Shown here in pieces: positions 34,549 to 35,515 of a stretch of 35,515 nucleotides of DNA. Location: NCBI GenBank assembly GCA_002256025.1, contig NKIB01000071.1, positions 1 to 35,515 of the forward strand, written 5' to 3'. The position numbers and the translations under genes are program-made. Under the pieces are notes generated by a model. That model was given only the letters and a program-made list of their open reading frames with translations, was not told the origin of the DNA and made no database searches. Numbering within the stretch: the stretch's first letter is position 1; each line of letters opens with the position of its first letter. Source of the stretch: Asterionella formosa (Eukaryota).

Positions 34549-35515
34549 ATGGTCAGAGGTAACTATCAAAGCCGTATAGAGAAGGCCGAGGCTCGACGTA
34601 TAGCTTCAAAACAACTTAAAAAGAAGCAGAACAACCGATCTAACTACAAGACTTTGGTTCAAAGCTTACTCACCTTTCTTGAACAGCATTCTCAAATGAT
34701 TGAGCGACGTGCTGATCCCACATGGAAATTACATATCTGGACTGATATCATTCCTTCTGATAGTGCACCTTTGTTTGAAATGGATGAAGAGCAGGACACC
34801 AAAGGGAAACGACATGGTCGAAGTTTCCTCCCGAGCGTGGACCCAAAACGGAAGGGGAAAGCCCGATCCGAATCGATTGGAGAATATCCTGCAAGTGCGA
34901 AACAAAAATCACAAGAAGCAGGTCAATCTGGCTCGTTTAGGGAAACTTCTTGTATTGCAAACAAGCATTCACAAACCAGGAAGGAGATAGAAGGTCTAGA
35001 CCAAGGAGATAAATCGTTAATCGCTCCTGTACTCTGCAAGAACCAATTCTTCACTGGCAAATGTGATGATCTAAAAGCAGGAAAGAAAGGTAGATGCCGA
35101 TGCTTTCATTATCCAAAACAAAGCAAAACCCTCGCAGACGTCCTAAAGGCGAGCGAGAAAAATGATACGTCAGATGTGCGGGAGACGCTAGAAATTTCCG
35201 CACAATCGTTGTTGCAAGCCATGCAGGATGAAGGGGCCGACATCTACGAAGCTGGGGGAATGGAAATGCTATACTACTCTTCGGTGGATCTAGTTATAGT
35301 ATCTCCCGAGCGCAGTGGTGACAATGACAACACACCGACCGCAAATGAAATATTGTCCAAAGCCATGGGTGAACGATCCATTGCAGCTGCCAATGTTGTC
35401 TACGTCACAATCAATAATATCTTGGTATTCGATAGATATAGAGACGGCGTCATCATATCAGACCAAACAATGATGACTGCAGTATTAGCAGACAAAGGGC
35501 GTCGATCGAGGTCAA
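34549..35515 (+). CDS. 5' part of the hypothetical CCCH-like Zn-finger protein (copy B), open at the right window edge
   Basis: ATG at 34549; 322 stop-free codons: MVRGNYQSRIEKAEARRIASKQLKKKQNNRSNYKTLVQSLLTFL...LCKNQFFTGKCDDLKAGKKGRCRCFH...LVFDRYRDGVII. Confidence 0.9.
   Translation, partial: MVRGNYQSRIEKAEARRIASKQLKKKQNNRSNYKTLVQSLLTFLEQHSQMIERRADPTWKLHIWTDIIPSDSAPLFEMDEEQDTKGKRHGRSFLPSVDPKRKGKARSESIGEYPASAKQKSQEAGQSGSFRETSCIANKHSQTRKEIEGLDQGDKSLIAPVLCKNQFFTGKCDDLKAGKKGRCRCFHYPKQSKTLADVLKASEKNDTSDVRETLEISAQSLLQAMQDEGADIYEAGGMEMLYYSSVDLVIVSPERSGDNDNTPTANEILSKAMGERSIAAANVVYVTINNILVFDRYRDGVIISDQTMMTAVLADKGRRSRS
34622..35515. repeat. Right arm of long inverted repeat (partner 1-894)
   Basis: Reverse complement of 1-894, ~99% identical. 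Confidence 0.97.

Noticed and set aside
1..35515. Giant TIR transposon (Polinton/Maverick, virophage or cargo-carrying element) with 0.9-kb TIRs
   Set aside because: The arms are internal coding sequence of a host-type gene that runs off both edges. There is no pPolB, capsid, ATPase, intact integrase or intact transposase, no TSD is visible, and the interior genes are ordinary host genes, several with introns.

Overview
This is eukaryotic genomic DNA, most likely from a diatom or related heterokont alga. The evidence is short GT-AG introns, a bipartite plastid plus twin-arginine lumen targeting peptide, and a diatom-type Ty1/copia gag. The window is bracketed by a ~894-bp inverted repeat with about 11 mismatches by eye (~99% identity). 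That repeat is not a transposon TIR. It is the coding sequence of two outward-facing paralogues of one CCCH-like zinc-finger gene (964->1 on -, 34549->35515 on +), both running off the window and both missed by the ORF track. The paralogues are nearly identical from codon ~25 onward but clearly diverged in their first ~24 codons and upstream DNA, a signature of gene conversion or a potentially invertible (flip-flop) 33.7-kb segment. Inside is a compact core of 8 intact host genes (7.9-23.7 kb): an RXL-type membrane protein, a hypothetical protein with a C-terminal TM helix, a MaoC dehydratase, a GT64 glycosyltransferase, a histidine phosphatase, a thylakoid lumen protein, an ABC1 kinase and a GDA1/CD39 apyrase. 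Two zones of decayed mobile DNA flank the core. They hold two different PIF/Harbinger transposase pseudogenes, a copia gag-protease relic, a Crypton-like tyrosine recombinase exon, a tRNA-Ala-derived relic and several tandem or dispersed repeats. One dispersed repeat forms a second, nested inverted pair (6831-6953 / 29294-29445). A foldback element also lies within the core.
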